From the NCBI GenBank assembly GCA_008632985.1, contig QPGO01000021.1:558001-622000 (forward strand): a DNA stretch of 64,000 nucleotides. The letters are read 5' to 3'. Both the position numbers and the translations under genes were made by a program. The stretch comes from Psammoneis japonica (taxonomy: Eukaryota). Below, in pieces: positions 25,423 through 38,677 of this stretch; the stretch's first letter is position 1, and each line of letters opens with the position of its first letter. The notes below the pieces were generated by a model. The model searched no databases, was not told the DNA's origin, and was given only the letters and a program-made list of their open reading frames with translations.

Positions 25423-27335
25423 TTAATATTCCATATTATCGATTCGGACACTCGGCGTTCTGTCTCTGCTCTCGTCCTCAAAACTGCTTTCCGCCGCCTG
25501 AGGCACTGACATATCGATAACCTCGCTATCCCCCTTCTCCACAAAGGTTTCATCGTACCAAGAATCATCATCCGCATCAAGGAGTAGCGACGACCGAAGC
25601 GTGATCATTAACATCCCAAAAACTCCAACGACCAAAAACGCTGAAAACATCCACGTCGCTCCCTTAATTGAATACTTACAGGTACCCCGCTCAAACGTGT
25701 TGGTATAGAGCGGAACGATCTCATTGCAAGCTGCTAAGCTTAGCAAGTCCCCTATATTCTCCGCTTGAGCAACCAAGTTGCCCAAGATAAGCGCAGTCAA
25801 GTAGAAAACATTTGTCGTGTAGCCTTCCCCACACCTGTCGGTCAAAAACTCTTGGCCAACATCGTATATTGTTTCGTTGAAGGCTTCAGCAGCACTGATA
25901 GTCGCATTCTGACAGATAGATACATTTTTTTCAATATTCATGAGACGAAGAGGTGGTAGAGGACAACGCACTCATTTCTACTCACAAGACCAGTCTCAAA
26001 TAGCCGCTCCGAAACCAGTGGATCTTCGGCGGTGCAACGCTATAAGAACCAGAGACAACAACAGAGAGCATGAATCAAACCTTTTTCCAATTTCAACTGT
26101 GACCAGCTGTTGCGAACCAACTTACCGAAATGTAGAAACGGATCATCTGAACCACGAGATCCTGCTGTGAAAACCCTTCATGTCTGAGAATCTCAATGAT
26201 TGAGCCTCGTGGTGTCTTATCATCCCCTCCCGAACAAAAGTCAGCATTTGCGCTAGCAGCAATGGCAACACCAGCACTAACAGCAAAAGCTGCAACGACC
26301 ATAAGAATGAAAAGCGGAAGGACAAACCATTTCTTTAAACAAAGCAACGGCCGAATTTCCTTGTCTTTCCAGGCCAACACGGTGACAACGATCAAGAAAA
26401 GTGACACCAGTGTGAAGGGGATAATGATAATCAAGCTCTGCCAGTCATTGATGTTGATATCTTGTGTGGTATCCACAAAGTCCGTTGAAGCTCTTCGTAT
26501 GTCGTTGACAGCTGATGTGAGGTTTGGCAGCTGTTTGGCAAGCAAATCGCCCAGATCTGCAACCGCACCAACGACTTCCTCCGCTACCTCCTGGATTGCT
26601 ATTCCAGCTTCTTCATTAATAAGGGGATCAGCCGGACAAAAAGACTCAATCTCGCCGACTAGCAGGGGGAGATTTGTCGCTGTGGAGTTACGTATGAGCC
26701 GCATATCGGCAATGGTTCTAGCGGCTCGAGTGGAAAGACTTTGAATTTGCTGCATGTTGGACCAACATTTCCATGAGACGTGAGTCGAACTCGCACGAAA
26801 GGCATCAAGACATACGTAGCGGTAGGCTTACCCTTCCAGATAGATTCATTGTGTCTACTGTATTGTCCAACTTGTAAGTCCTTCTGTTACGAAACAAATG
26901 GCAAATGCGAGGACCAACACAGCACTAACGATGAATGTCCCTCGGATGATCTTGTTGCGGCGGGTGTACTCAGGCTTGCCTGACAACGGAGACCCATTTA
27001 GAAACCCAACGCCCGGAACGCACTTGAGGACTAACAAAACAACAATCCATGCAAACAAGAATGAAGCGAGAAAGATACCGGCGAATAAAAGCCCCACAAT
27101 ATAATCATTGCGTGTGTTCTCGTCGTCCCAAATATCCGAGAAACTATTGGAATGGCCGAAGCGGGGCAGGTTGTGCATTCTCACTGTCGCTGCATTCTGA
27201 GAGAAACAAGAGATGCCAAAAACGAATGAGAGGTGAAATAGGCCTCTCTTATCGAAAGCTACAAAGGATCCCTTCATTTTTACTTACCCTCGAGAAATCA
27301 GGAATCGACAGGGTGAAATCGCTGCCTTCACTCAT
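25423..27335 (-). CDS. Multi-pass membrane protein, Tweety-like topology (about 5 exons)
   Basis: Predicted exons 27335-27288, 27196-26832, 26749-26126, ~26039-25986 and ~25908-25423 with GT-AG ends. About five hydrophobic segments; ADFCSGG and C.EIVPLY..F..GTC motifs. Apparent 1-nt frameshift near 26872. Confidence 0.65.
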
Positions 27336-28146
27336 TCTGCCTCGTTGGAACACAAGCTTACGATGCCTCTTTCTGAGGCTTATGTTTCAACCCGTACAGG
27401 TCCCGAATCAATACACTATCACCCCGTTTATCCGATGTCGACTCTCTCAAGCCCATTCAACTTCAGTTTACTTTGTAAGAAGGTGTTCAACAACCAGCAA
27501 CTAAAGAACTGTGATGAGGTGGAGGAGCGGCGAGGCGCGTGCGGGGGACTTCTTTGGACAAAAGCTGTCCAAAGAATCTCTGTCCTCCAGTGCGTTTGGG
27601 GGGTTGTTTTGCCTGTGCGACGTCACGACGCTTCCCATGGATCAACCAAGCAGCTAGCTAGAAGTAATTAGAAGCCAAGGCCGTCGTTGTCATTCCAATC
27701 CCATTGTGCAAACGATCTCTCTAGTAGAGAGATCTTTATTGTCGCATTGTGCACGTGTTGAGAAAGGTTCTCTTGGTCTACTCTATCCCATGTTGGACTA
27801 GCTCGTTCCTTCAATGACGGCACAACTCCCTCTTCTCGTACACAGCAACTATCTACTAGTAGAGCACTTTGAGTGACTCACTACTACAGGGAGTATCTTT
27901 TGACACATTCGCAAACTATACGTTGTTCTCAACATGACGAGATGCGCCTCGACAAATGAAAATTCTTGCTACACTACTACGAGACAAGAGACCATGGGAA
28001 ATCCACTTATTCCCGCTCGTGTGTCGCTCTCCCTTTGCTTCTTTCCCCTTCACTACAAACCTATATTCTCTTGCATCGTCTTTTCCCGTCACAACTTTTG
28101 CTCTCGCCCGTCCCCTCTCCTCTCTCTTTTCCTACCTTCTCACAAC

Positions 28147-29175
28147 CTACGCCACAACCATTTCATTGTTCTTATCTTCATTCAAATCACCATGAATTTG
28201 AGACACACACTTGTAATTTCCATCAAAGTCGCTCTTGTATAGCTGCACGACACCACCGCTGCCACTAATGGCCAAGACGGTGCCCGTGACATTCCACTGA
28301 CACGACACCATGTTATTTGTTTGTTCCAGCGATTGGGTAGATTCCAATTTGAGTTCTCCCGTCGTCGTCGAACTACGGGATAGCTTGTAGACTACAACTT
28401 GATTGACAAAGACGGCGGCAATCACGTGATGACGGCGTCCGACGTTGGGTGCCCAAGCGACATTGACGACATTCCCAGCCGTACTAGTAGCAGTGCCACC
28501 ACCCGGCAAGGATAGGAGCGTTTGCCACGACTTGTTGATATAACGATAGACTGTAAGAGACGAAGAATTTGCACTGCTACTCCCCACCACGAGCGTGGGA
28601 GGTTCAAACCGTCCCGTTCCCCACGACAAACACGTGACGCCCAGTGATGTTTCTTCTTGTACGTCAGCATCATTTGCAACAATGGTGGCTTGAATCGGCC
28701 ATTGCGACAAATTCTGTAAATCGACCGCTTCGTAGACTCGTACACTCCCATCGCTACTGCCCGTGGCAATCAAAAGTCCCAATTGTCGCGGTGCAAATTC
28801 ACAACACGTCACGGCACGTCGTGCTTCGGTCAGTTTGGCACGTTCCAGCATGGACGACGATGACGAGTTTAGGTCTTGTTGACGTTCTTCCCAAATCTTC
28901 ACGTCATGATCGGTACCACACGTGGCCAAAAGAGCACCAAATTCCGCGTGGGCCCATGCAAGTTGCGTAATACTCGATTTGTGTGCTTGCCACGGTGCAC
29001 CGACTTGTTTCCAATTGCCTTCTCCACTGAGATCCAACAAACGAACCTTACCATCTCCCGAACACGTGGCCATTTTACGACCGTACATGTCAAAGGCCAC
29101 GTGATGGACATAGTCCGAGTGCATGGAGTTTAAAATTTGAAACGAAGACGATGAATTAGTGGCAGTCGTCGTCAT
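28147..29175 (-). CDS. SEH1: Nucleoporin SEH1 (WD40)
   Basis: HSDYVHHVAFDMYGRKMATCSGD, WQAHKSSI..LAWAHAEFG, FAPRQLGL..ATGSSDG.VRVYEA, VAWAPNVGR and WNVTGTVLA motifs; ATG at 29175. Confidence 0.9.
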   Translation of the reverse strand: MTTTATNSSSSFQILNSMHSDYVHHVAFDMYGRKMATCSGDGKVRLLDLSGEGNWKQVGAPWQAHKSSITQLAWAHAEFGALLATCGTDHDVKIWEERQQDLNSSSSSMLERAKLTEARRAVTCCEFAPRQLGLLIATGSSDGSVRVYEAVDLQNLSQWPIQATIVANDADVQEETSLGVTCLSWGTGRFEPPTLVVGSSSANSSSLTVYRYINKSWQTLLSLPGGGTATSTAGNVVNVAWAPNVGRRHHVIAAVFVNQVVVYKLSRSSTTTGELKLESTQSLEQTNNMVSCQWNVTGTVLAISGSGGVVQLYKSDFDGNYKCVSQIHGDLNEDKNNEMVVA

Positions 29176-29233
29176 TGTGTGTTTTGTTGTTTGTGTTATT
29201 GTTGCGTCGCTGTATCTCCGGGTTTTTAGGAAG

Positions 29234-29548
29234 CGACAAACTCGCAAAATAAGTTGACAAACTCGCTGAAGTCCACAAACTCGTGAAGTTGACAAAGTCC
29301 CCAAAGTTGACAAAGCTGCCAACTCCAAAAGTGGACAAACTTGCCAAAGTCGACAAACTCGCCAAGAGTCAACAAACCTGCCAAAAGTCGACAAACTCGC
29401 CAAAGTCGACAAACTCGCCAAAGTCAACAAACTTGCCAAAGTCGACAAAGTGGACAAACTCGCCAAAGTCTGCAAACTCGCACAAGTCGACAAACTCGCC
29501 AAACTCGCCAAACTCACCAAAAGTCGACAAACTAGCCAAAGTTGACAA
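29234..29548. repeat. Tandem array of an ~18-bp unit (gtcgacaaactcgccaaa)
   Basis: Directly visible; variants gttgac/gtcaac and cttgcc/ctcacc. Confidence 0.9.
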
Positions 29549-29587
29549 AGCAGTGCTTCCCAAATGTGCACTTTGGTCAGACCACAN

Positions 29588-29980
29588 CGGTTGCTGCTTG
29601 CTGCTTGGCTGTTGCCAGTTGCCGGTTGCCGGTTGCTGGTTGCTGCTTGGTGATTGCTGGTTGCAGTTGCCGGTTGCTGGTTGGCGGTTGCTGGCTGCTG
29701 CTGGTTGCTGGTTGGCGGTTGCTGGTGGCTGGCGGCTGGTTGCCAGTTGACAGAGGTGCTGGTTGCCGGGGTTGCCGGTTGCTGTTTGCCGACAGCTGTT
29801 TGCTGGTTGCTGGTTGCCAGTTGCTGGTTGCTGGTTGGCGCCGGTTGCTGGTTGCCAGTTGGTGGTTGGCAGTTGCACATTGCTGGTTGGCGGTTGGCGG
29901 TTGGCGGTTGCCGGTTGGAGGTTGCTGGTTGCCGGTTGCTGGTTGCCAGTTGGCGGTTGCTGGCTGCAGTTGCCGGTTGA
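29588..29980. repeat. Tandem array of a 7-bp unit (gttgccg/gttgctg/gttggcg)
   Basis: Directly visible; begins right after a single N at 29587. Confidence 0.9.
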
Positions 29981-32100
29981 TTTTGTGGAGCCGCATCATC
30001 ATCAACCAGGAGCAGAGCCCCGCCATGCAGGCAGCAAGGTGACTAGAAGCAAGTGCAGAAGAAAAAAAGCAAAGTTTGGTGGGTGCTGAGAGAGTTCTCT
30101 TTGTCCAGCATGCAAGACTGGTCAGTGTCTGGGGCAAAGAAATGAGAAGTCTGCAAGCCAGTCAGATTCCCTGGGGCTCCCAGCACAAGATTGTGACTGC
30201 TCACAACAGGCACAGCAGAGGCCCAGCTGCCAAAAAAGAGAATTTCAAGCACTGGGCTGGAAACCTGCTTTTTGGGCCTCAACACTGCAGCTGGTCCCAT
30301 GTGTTGCCAACCGCATGCAAAGATCAGCAAGTGTGATCTTGGGCACACTGCAACACATCTTCACTGATGCAGTGTGAGATGAAGATCTTGCAAGCCAAAT
30401 TGTTGGGTGCATGGGTGCATCTTTTTGTCTCACATGGCACTTTGACATCAGCTGCACATTCCCAGCTTCTGCTTGGGTTTCTACGAAATTTATTGCACTG
30501 ACGTCACCCTTCTCAGGCAGTGTCATGTTGGCTCCAACAAGCCTGTTTTGCCCACATTTGCCAGCATGGTGCAACCTTGTCACAGCATGATGAGCAATGT
30601 TCTTCAGTGGAAAACAACGAGTGTCGAAGCCTTGTGGTTTGTGTGCTGGTTGTCATTTCTCACAATTTTCCATCATCTCAGAAAATTTCCACATGAGCTC
30701 CGGTGCAAATTCTGATCTGCTTTTTACACATCTCCTGTCAACTTCTGTCCCTGCCAATTGGTCTTCAATGCTGCTTCTTTTCTCTGTTGTTCAACCAAGT
30801 CTTTTAAAGCAGCTCCTCTGTTGCAGCCTTTTTTAGCAAGAACAAGAGTCATCCTTGGTGTCAGTTGACTGTCATCCATTTGCTGTGCACGCACCAGCAT
30901 TTCTGTGCAATTTTTAGCATTGTTTCCACATGTGACACGAATGTTGCACCACTGATGATCTGCGCTGCACATCTCCGGTCATCTTCTGTCCCCGCCAATT
31001 GGCCTTCAATTCCACTTCTTCTTTCTGTTGTTCAGCCAAGCCTTTTGCTTTTTGAGGTGAAAGCAACACCTCTGTTGTGGCCTTTTCTAGCAAGAACAAG
31101 AGTTTTCCTTCAGTGTCAGTTGACTGTTCTCCATTTGATGCATGCACCAGCATTTCTGTGCAATGTCTGGTGTTGTTTCTACATGCAATGAACATTTTTT
31201 TTCAACAACCCACCCGGCTCACCTTCAAGGCTCCCAGCTCCACACATCCAAGTCCTGTGCAATCTTTTCTTCAGTTTGCTCTCTGCTCTTCTCCCTCTCA
31301 CACCCATGTGCTGTTGTGTGTGTGTGTGATCTTCTCATGCTTGAAAGTTTTGACATTTGCTTTCTCAACCAAATCTGCTGTCACAATCTCTTTGCGAGTG
31401 TGTGAGAAAAAACAACTCATGTTGGCAGTCAAAAAGTGGGTGTGCAGTGCCACAAGATGAACTCAGCAGCCAGCACCCATCTGAGCTCCTTTGTGCTTAG
31501 ATGAACCTGGTTGATGCCCAAAATCTTCACTGCCCCACGCTCATGATGAAGCAACATGCAACATGGGCTGGTGGTGCACAGACCACCAGAGTGACATCCC
31601 CCACTGTGTCAACAATCTCAACACTGTGTGTGTTCCCTGGGCACAAGTTCAAGACATGGAAGAAATTGGTCTCATCCACAAGAGTTGCAAAACATCTCCC
31701 ATGTCTCTGTGTTTGCTGCACAGCTTCTTTGCTTTTCACAACTCCTCCATTTTTCCTGACACTTCTGTCAAAGCTGGGTGCATGCATGGTGTGCTCAAGT
31801 CATCATGCCTCAAGGCCCCAGGCTCTTCAACTTCTGCATTGAAGATCCTGTCGAAACATTTGATTCTCATGTGCTCCACACAATTTGGCCATGCCTTGCA
31901 ACTTTGGAGCCTGTGGAAGCAGGCCAAACAGCATTTGAAGCATGTCCTTTTGACAAGAAGGGTGAAAATTCCTGGTGGAAAGAGAGAGAGGAGTGGATTT
32001 GGTCCATGAAAGGTGAGAGTGAATCCATGCAGAATGATGCATCCTTGAGAAAGATGAGAAGAAGAACTAAAGGCTGAAGAGGCCAGGTGATGAGAGTGAA
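29980..32100. mobile_element. Degenerate repeat-derived block with an internal ~240-bp direct duplication (30727-30960 and 30968-31190)
   Basis: TpA/CpG depleted; cacatctcc.gtca.cttctgtccc.gccaattgg occurs at 30727 and 30968 with colinear downstream sequence. Confidence 0.55.
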
Positions 32101-32535
32101 CCAACTGCATCTGAATTGAGACCAAACTTTCAAAAGAAGGGACCTGAACCAGGGGCACCGAAATCGAGACCAAGACCTCAGAATAAGAAGGGGCCTGGTC
32201 GCGGAAAGGGAAAGCGTGCAAAATGCACAGAAGCCAAACGCACCAGAACCAAATCTCGGCGATTCTTCTAGCTAGAAGCCGGATGAAAAACCACTCAAAT
32301 CGAACGGAAAACACGAGGGCAATGTCAAAGGAACAACAAGCGACGAGGAGCAAACGAACAAGAAACCTCCGCGACGACGGAGAGAGAATGTTGTTAGCAA
32401 GGAGGTCCCTCCACCAAATGCGCAAGGGAAGCGTTTGGGCAAGGGGCTACATTATGGCAAGACGTCTAGCTGTATATTTTCAGAAACAGAATTGAATGGA
32501 AGATTCGTTGTTTCCTATACAATCAATCTCTGACC

Positions 32536-33791
32536 CTATCGTCTCTCTGTTGCCTGTTCAAGAACTGTCATACCTCGCTGCAACACGTTCTTTCGGAAGA
32601 TTTTTGTGTGGGGATAGAATGCCTTGCGAAGCAAGTCACTCCGAACTTTTGGCTTTTCGCTTCCAAAGAATTGCTCGGCCATATTCTCCAGAACTAGTGC
32701 TTTGGCCACGGCAATGGAAGGGATTGTTCCAAATTCTTGAGACAGCCTCCACGACTTCTCAAACAAACTAGAATAGAAACTGTCAGTGGTACCTAAAACC
32801 CATTCATATCCGGCAGCAACACTTTCGTCCTGAATCGAGGCATTGACAAAATGACGTCCAACCTCCTGCGATAACGAGGGCTCCTTTTCCCTGTCATCCG
32901 AGAAGCTCAATAAAGTATCCATTCCCTGTACCTTTCCTAAACCCGTATGGATATCAATCCAAGTAACCGGCGCGTCGCCTTGTAAATTAATAGACGGTAG
33001 CACGGTATCCTTCATAAAGTTGTACAATAATTCATGGGAGGGCTGGAGTTTGGAGCCCCCATAGAACACGCCTCGTGGTGAATTGTACTGTCCCGTCACC
33101 ATGGCTGCCTTGAGTTTGCTATAGCCATGTCTTACAATGCCCATAACAGCATGCCAAAGGAACAGAACTTTCACATCCATAAGAGTCGGTTCCTGATTTT
33201 TCGGATAAAAGAGAGACTCTTCAAATTCACTGTAGAGTTTGGAGTTTCGTTCCAGCAGCGGTTGGACATCGTCACCCCATGAATGCATAGCATTGCGATT
33301 CAGATCGACGTTATCCTGATCGACGCGACGATAGTTAGCCATACCGTATGGATTCACGGCATGGACTAGAACTATTGTTGGAATGTCGCCGTCATGAGAA
33401 GTTTGTAGCCATGCGATTTGAATCGCACTGCCCGCATATCCTTCCACGCCGTGAACACCCGATGTGTGCACGACAAGACCTGGTAAGCTTCCCGGAATCA
33501 CCGCAATATCTGTAGCATAATCTTCGTAACATGATAAGAAAACAATTTTGCCGTTGGCTGTTGTCTTGCCGCTACGCGGAACTTGGCACGGGCCTCGTTA
33601 TATGTTTCTGAGAACACCAGACATGGATTCACTTGTTTTTCGTCGAAAAACAGGATATCATCTGCGTTTTCTGTACCACAAGGCTCCTCTCTGGAACTGA
33701 TCGAGCCGCTAAGGAAAACTGCGACTAAAGCAACTAGTAAAGCCACGGCGGGACCGCCGAAGAGTAGCGTTCGAGAGGAGAGACGGCCCAT
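32536..33791 (-). CDS. DUF2817 / M14 metallocarboxypeptidase-like protein with N-terminal anchor (1-nt frameshift near 33527)
   Basis: FSETYNEARAKF, SGVHGVEGYAGSAIQ, HAVNPYG..RR....VDLNRN, IDIHTGLG and QEFGT motifs across ORFs 33498-33866 and 32536-33501. Confidence 0.82.
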
Positions 33792-34169
33792 TGTGGAAAG
33801 TGATGATGATGCTACTGAATTTTGTGTTCGCATCACGAAGGATTGCCATCCGGGTTTCAAAATCAAAATGGGGCTTACGTATGATTTTTATTCAGTGGTG
33901 AAGATGATCAATATTTGTCATATGTAAAATATAATATTGATTGGTTATATGGGTTCTAAGTTCACGATCCGTTGAGTTTGTATCCTATTATTTACATAAG
34001 AATGTTATATAGACATATATTGAATGTCCGACCCCATAGCCGCCATTATGTTCGCTCACATTTTGGCGAACGACGATCCGAAATTGTGGCGATCACGTAG
34101 TCGTAGATTACACCACTACAACAACGTGGTCATCACTTTGTACAAGAGAAGAGAGAGAGAGAGGGCAAG

Positions 34170-35131
34170 ATGAGGCTTTCCTGTATCGCGTTCTTCCCGG
34201 CTTTAGTTGGCTTTGCAGCCGCCAACAACGAGGGCGAGGATATCAGTTGGATGTCAGGATATCGTATCAGGTATAACAGCTGTGCCCCTCAAAGCCAAAT
34301 GGCCTTTTATCGTCTCTGTCCAGACCAGGGGCACGAAAGCTGTGATTTGGATTGTGAGGGAGGACTTTCTTACGCAACCAGCGTGAGCGTTTTCATCGAC
34401 GCATTTACCGAGGCTCAAATGAAAAAAAAGAATATGCTTGCGAGATGGTCCGAGAAAACTGTGAAGATGAGGATGAAAGCCAGTGCTATGAAGATGCTAA
34501 TCTCAATTGTGAAGATAACAACAACAACGAGAATAACTTGAATGTGCAGGAATACTTGGAATGCGTACAGTTTGATGGAGAAGTTAACGACGGTTACGAA
34601 GATGAGTACTGGGTGGGTCCTTATTGTTCTGGCGATGCGAAGAGTATTTTGATTGAACTCTTCTCGGATGAAGATTGTACCATTAGAACAGATGAAACAT
34701 TCCTTGACGTTTACGGATACAGCCCAGAATTTACCACTTCGTCAATCATTAATCCAGACGACTGTGTGAAGTGCGAGGAGCCCAAGAAAGAAGATGATCA
34801 GGCAGAGGGAGATAAAGACGATGAAGATGATGTTCTGGAGCAATGTGAGGAGCTGTATGAGTACGCCGACAGGTGTGAATCAGCAATTGATGGCGATGTT
34901 AGCTCATGTGACTACATTGACACTCTCCTCGAAGAAGAGGTTACTCCTGTAATTACGTATTCTACCGGCGGCAAAGGCGATGGCTGGTGGGAGAGCACTA
35001 CACCGTTGTGGATTGCATTGGCTATCACGATCGTAGTCGTCTGTGCGATGCAGTGCTGCTTGCTTCGGGAAGTGCGCAAGAGCAGCAACAAAAGGAAGAA
35101 GACTGGACCTAGTGAAGAGTTGTTGCCCTGA
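34170..35131 (+). CDS. Cys-rich acidic type I membrane protein of a diatom-typical family (1-nt frameshift near 34421)
   Basis: Signal peptide; FIDAFTEAQM, EYLECVQ, YWVGPYC and C-terminal TM followed by basic residues; two ORFs overlap at the A8 run. Confidence 0.75.
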
Positions 35132-35327
35132 GTTTCCTTCATCTCAGTACCACAAAGCTATGAAAGAAAAGGGAGAGTTGTTTGTTTTAACCCAGAGTAA
35201 AAGAGGGGAAAGATCTGCCGGTAGATGTAGAAGATTTCCGTACTAGTTTATGCTTCTTCATAAAGAGTGACCTGCTTTGGGCCAAACTCCAGTTCACAGT
35301 GAATTCATCCATCATGAGGACAACAGT

Positions 35328-35512
35328 NNNNNNNNNNNNNNNNNNNNNNNNNNNNNNNNNNNNNNNNNNNNNNNNNNNNNNNNNNNNNNNNNNNNNNNNN
35401 NNNNNNNNNNNNNNNNNNNNNNNNNNNNNNNNNNNNNNNNNNNNNNNNNNNNNNNNNNNNNNNNNNNNNNNNNNNNNNNNNNNNNNNNNNNNNNNNNNNN
35501 NNNNNNNNNNNN
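35328..35512. other. Assembly gap (N run)
   Basis: Run of n. Confidence 0.99.
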
Positions 35513-38350
35513 TCAACACGACAGTCACCATTCTTCAGGATGAGGTTGCACAAGGCTGGAAGCTGGTGCTCCCAAAGGAGGTTGTGAACTCCATTCTTGG
35601 AGGAGTTGTTGTTGCCTCACTGGGATTCATTGCACAGTGCACAGCAATCATTCTGCAGGCATGGGGACACTGTGGTGAAACAAACAGGTTGACACATGAC
35701 CAGCCCTTCAATCTGACAAACGGCAGACATGGTCCTTGCTGAGGAACTCACCCCATGCTGATTCAGCTGGGCACTTCTGTGGCACATGCATCACATTGTG
35801 CACCTGTGCTCATGTTTTTCCAACAAGCACATCTTGCAAACTGCAAGGAAGGTTGACTGGAATTTGGCTCAAAGACACCTGCACCTGCACCCATCCTCCA
35901 CCATGCAAGCCCTCATGACCATTGGCGCCTTTGCCCTGTGCACTCTTTTCCTCGCTTTAGAGACACCACCAATGCCAGTCTGCAGTTGGATGTCAGCAAG
36001 CTCTTGTGCAACCTCAGCATCAATCTTGTCAGACACTCCTGCTTTGACCCATCCACACACTGCTCAAATTGTCTGCTGTTGATTGCCCACATGCCACCTC
36101 CACACCTCCGGTGCCTCATCATCACTGCCAGCAGAGTTGGCAGTCTTGGATTCTTTGCCTCCCATTTCTTGCTCATGCCCTGAGTTTGATGCACACACCA
36201 ACAACATGTTTGGTCCCATTTTGGAGTGCAGCTGTGAATGGGGCAGCGCCATTGTGCTGCTTGCATTTTGCATCTCCTTGGTCAGCCCATTTCACAGGTG
36301 GAGACAACCCCATGCAAAGGAGACTTGCTCTTCCTCACACCAAGTTTCTGGTGGCGGCAATGCCAGATGAGATCCAAACTTTTTTGGGTTTTCTCCTCAA
36401 CAACACTGGTGCTCTCTTTGTTGTGCTGCTGAGGAAAAAGGAGACAGCTTGGGTGGCCTCTGTCCACACTGCTGTTGCTCTGTTGCACATTGGCAAAGTC
36501 CTCCAGCTTGACTCCTCCCCTCGTTGGCCACCTCAACCACATTGCATCAGTCATTCCAGCAGCCTGGCACTTCCTTCTTAGAGGTTGCCTGTGTCAAGCA
36601 TTGCACGTCACTCAATGTGTCAAGGGAGCACCACATCTTGTCACCGGCTCAATCATGAGCTGACTTGACACTGTGGTTGGGTTTCTTCCATCATGCTGCC
36701 CTGGCAGTCAGCCTCAACATCTGGGGCAGCATGGTGTTGGGAATTGCCAACCCACCTCAACACTCCAAAATTTCTTGTGTGGTGCATCATGCACCAAATG
36801 AACCTGCTCTTGGGAAACCAGCTGATGGAGTCCTGCCATTTGCTCCTCCAGGACAACAGCACCTCCACCAATGGCCAGATGCAAAAAGCTGGCTTCAATG
36901 ATCGTGCCATCGTCATCCAGCTGGAGACAGGAAGGACACTGCCTGCACAGTCAACAGCTCCCAGGGAAGGTGATGAGCCTGATTTGCAGTTCTTTGCTCC
37001 AAGGCAACACCCACCTCTCCCACACACAACTGACTGACACATGTTCTCAGTCTGCGCACTTGCCACCCTCCCTGTGGGCTCCAACTGGACTTTGAATCCA
37101 TCCTCCACTGCCCAAGCTCACCTCACAAGTCATGATGCAGCTGCTTGACAATCCCATCAGCACCCAAGAAGGAATTGCTGCCACAGCTTCCCAGAAGCAA
37201 ACTTGCAATTGCAGCTGCTGTGCCCAGTTTCTTCACATCAATCTCAACAACAATTGTCCCTTGCTTGATGGCATTGACCTTTGCAACCAAGAAAAGTGCC
37301 TTGTTGGTGCCTTTGACTCTGCCATCATGCCAACACCATCCAATCCAGTGCAGGCACAAATTCAGCTTTGGTGCCATCATCTGGCAAAATTCATGCCACC
37401 ACTGATGCTGTGGCTGAGACCTGCTGGGCTCGCCACCACCCTTTTCCCACCCATCCACAATGAATCCAACAAGCTTTGCTGGCTTCTGCAAAAATGGCTG
37501 GAAAGGCTGCACAAATCCAGACAACTCTCCAGCAAAAATCTCAGAATGCTGTGGGTCCTCCTCTCCCAGTCATCCATTGACAGCACCAACCTTGTTGGCA
37601 AGGCTTGCTGCCAAACTCCTCACATGAGGACGAGAGGGCTTTCTTTTTTGCAACGCACTTGTGTGAACTCCTCTGAAAGTGTTGGGCAAGAAACAGCACA
37701 CTGTGCTGCTCACCACCCTTGCAAGCTTGTTGCAGCATTTCTTTTGCAGCCAATGCAAAAAGCCCTGCAAGAATGATCCTGAACTGTGCCCAGCTGACAG
37801 TTTTTCCATCACCGCTGCACTCCAGAAGAATGGTGAGAGGGGTGGGACTGCAGTGCAACACTGCACCCACAATCCACCCATGCCCTGTCAAGGCTCAGGT
37901 TGCTGTTGTTTGCTGCATCTTGTCACATCTGGGCACCAGCTGAAGCACCAGGTGCTCCACGCAAAAATCTGGCACAGCCACGGGCGCGCAGCACCTGGCG
38001 CCAGTGTCCCATCAAGTCCCTGCATCAGATGACTGACACAGAAGCAACACATGAGCCTGAAAGCAACACATGGGCCACAGCAAGCTCATTCCTTTCTTCC
38101 ATCAACATTGCACTGCAACATTGATGAGTTCGAGAGTGAGTTTTCGCTTGCAGCTCGCGCCGCCACCCACCCTTTGCGGCTCTCTGGCTGGAGCTCCAAA
38201 TCTGGGTTGCCTCAGACTTGGCTGGCTCCAGCTCGAGGTCTGATGCTGGTGGCCATGCCACAAACAACCAGAGAGCTAGTCCAGGAGTGCATCAGCCACC
38301 AAAGGAAAGCAGAGTCAAGAGCGACAGAGGGCAATCGACCCATCGATTGG
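35513..38350 (+). mobile_element. Degenerate tyrosine-recombinase (DIRS/Ngaro-like) retrotransposon
   Basis: RT-like remnants DEVAQGWKLVLP, RLTHDQPF, RKVDWNLAQRHLHL and QTFLGFLLNN; YR-like ADSFSIT..QKNGERG..QH.T..P.PC near 37790-37890; ends in a ~330-bp repeat. Confidence 0.65.
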
Positions 38351-38677
38351 GCAGTTCGTGTGTTGGGAGACATTTCCCCCCCTCCGCTCGCGGTGCTGCC
38401 ACATGCGCCCAAATCCAACGGATGAAAATTTCAAATTTCGCGGTAACCGACGATGTTCGTCGTCCATTTTACTGTACTGTAAAGTTGTTCAATGCACCCC
38501 ATCTAGAGGATATGTCAAAGAACCTGGATATTACGTATGTCATGCGGCATAGCATGGAATGTTCCGTGATTCATTCCAGCGATCATCGTAGCGCCATTTT
38601 ATCGATTATCGTCGTCAAAAAATCACAGTCTCAACGCAAACAACAACGTATTACTCTTCGACTTGCAACAAAGCGCA

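Noticed and set aside
29176..29880. Long N-terminal extension of SEH1 (577-aa ORF)
   Set aside because: The extension is translated tandem repeat across an N; SEH1 homology starts after ATG 29175
29234..29980. CRISPR array or telomere
   Set aside because: Contiguous short units with no unique spacers, no cas genes, eukaryotic context, not TTAGGG-like and internal to the contig
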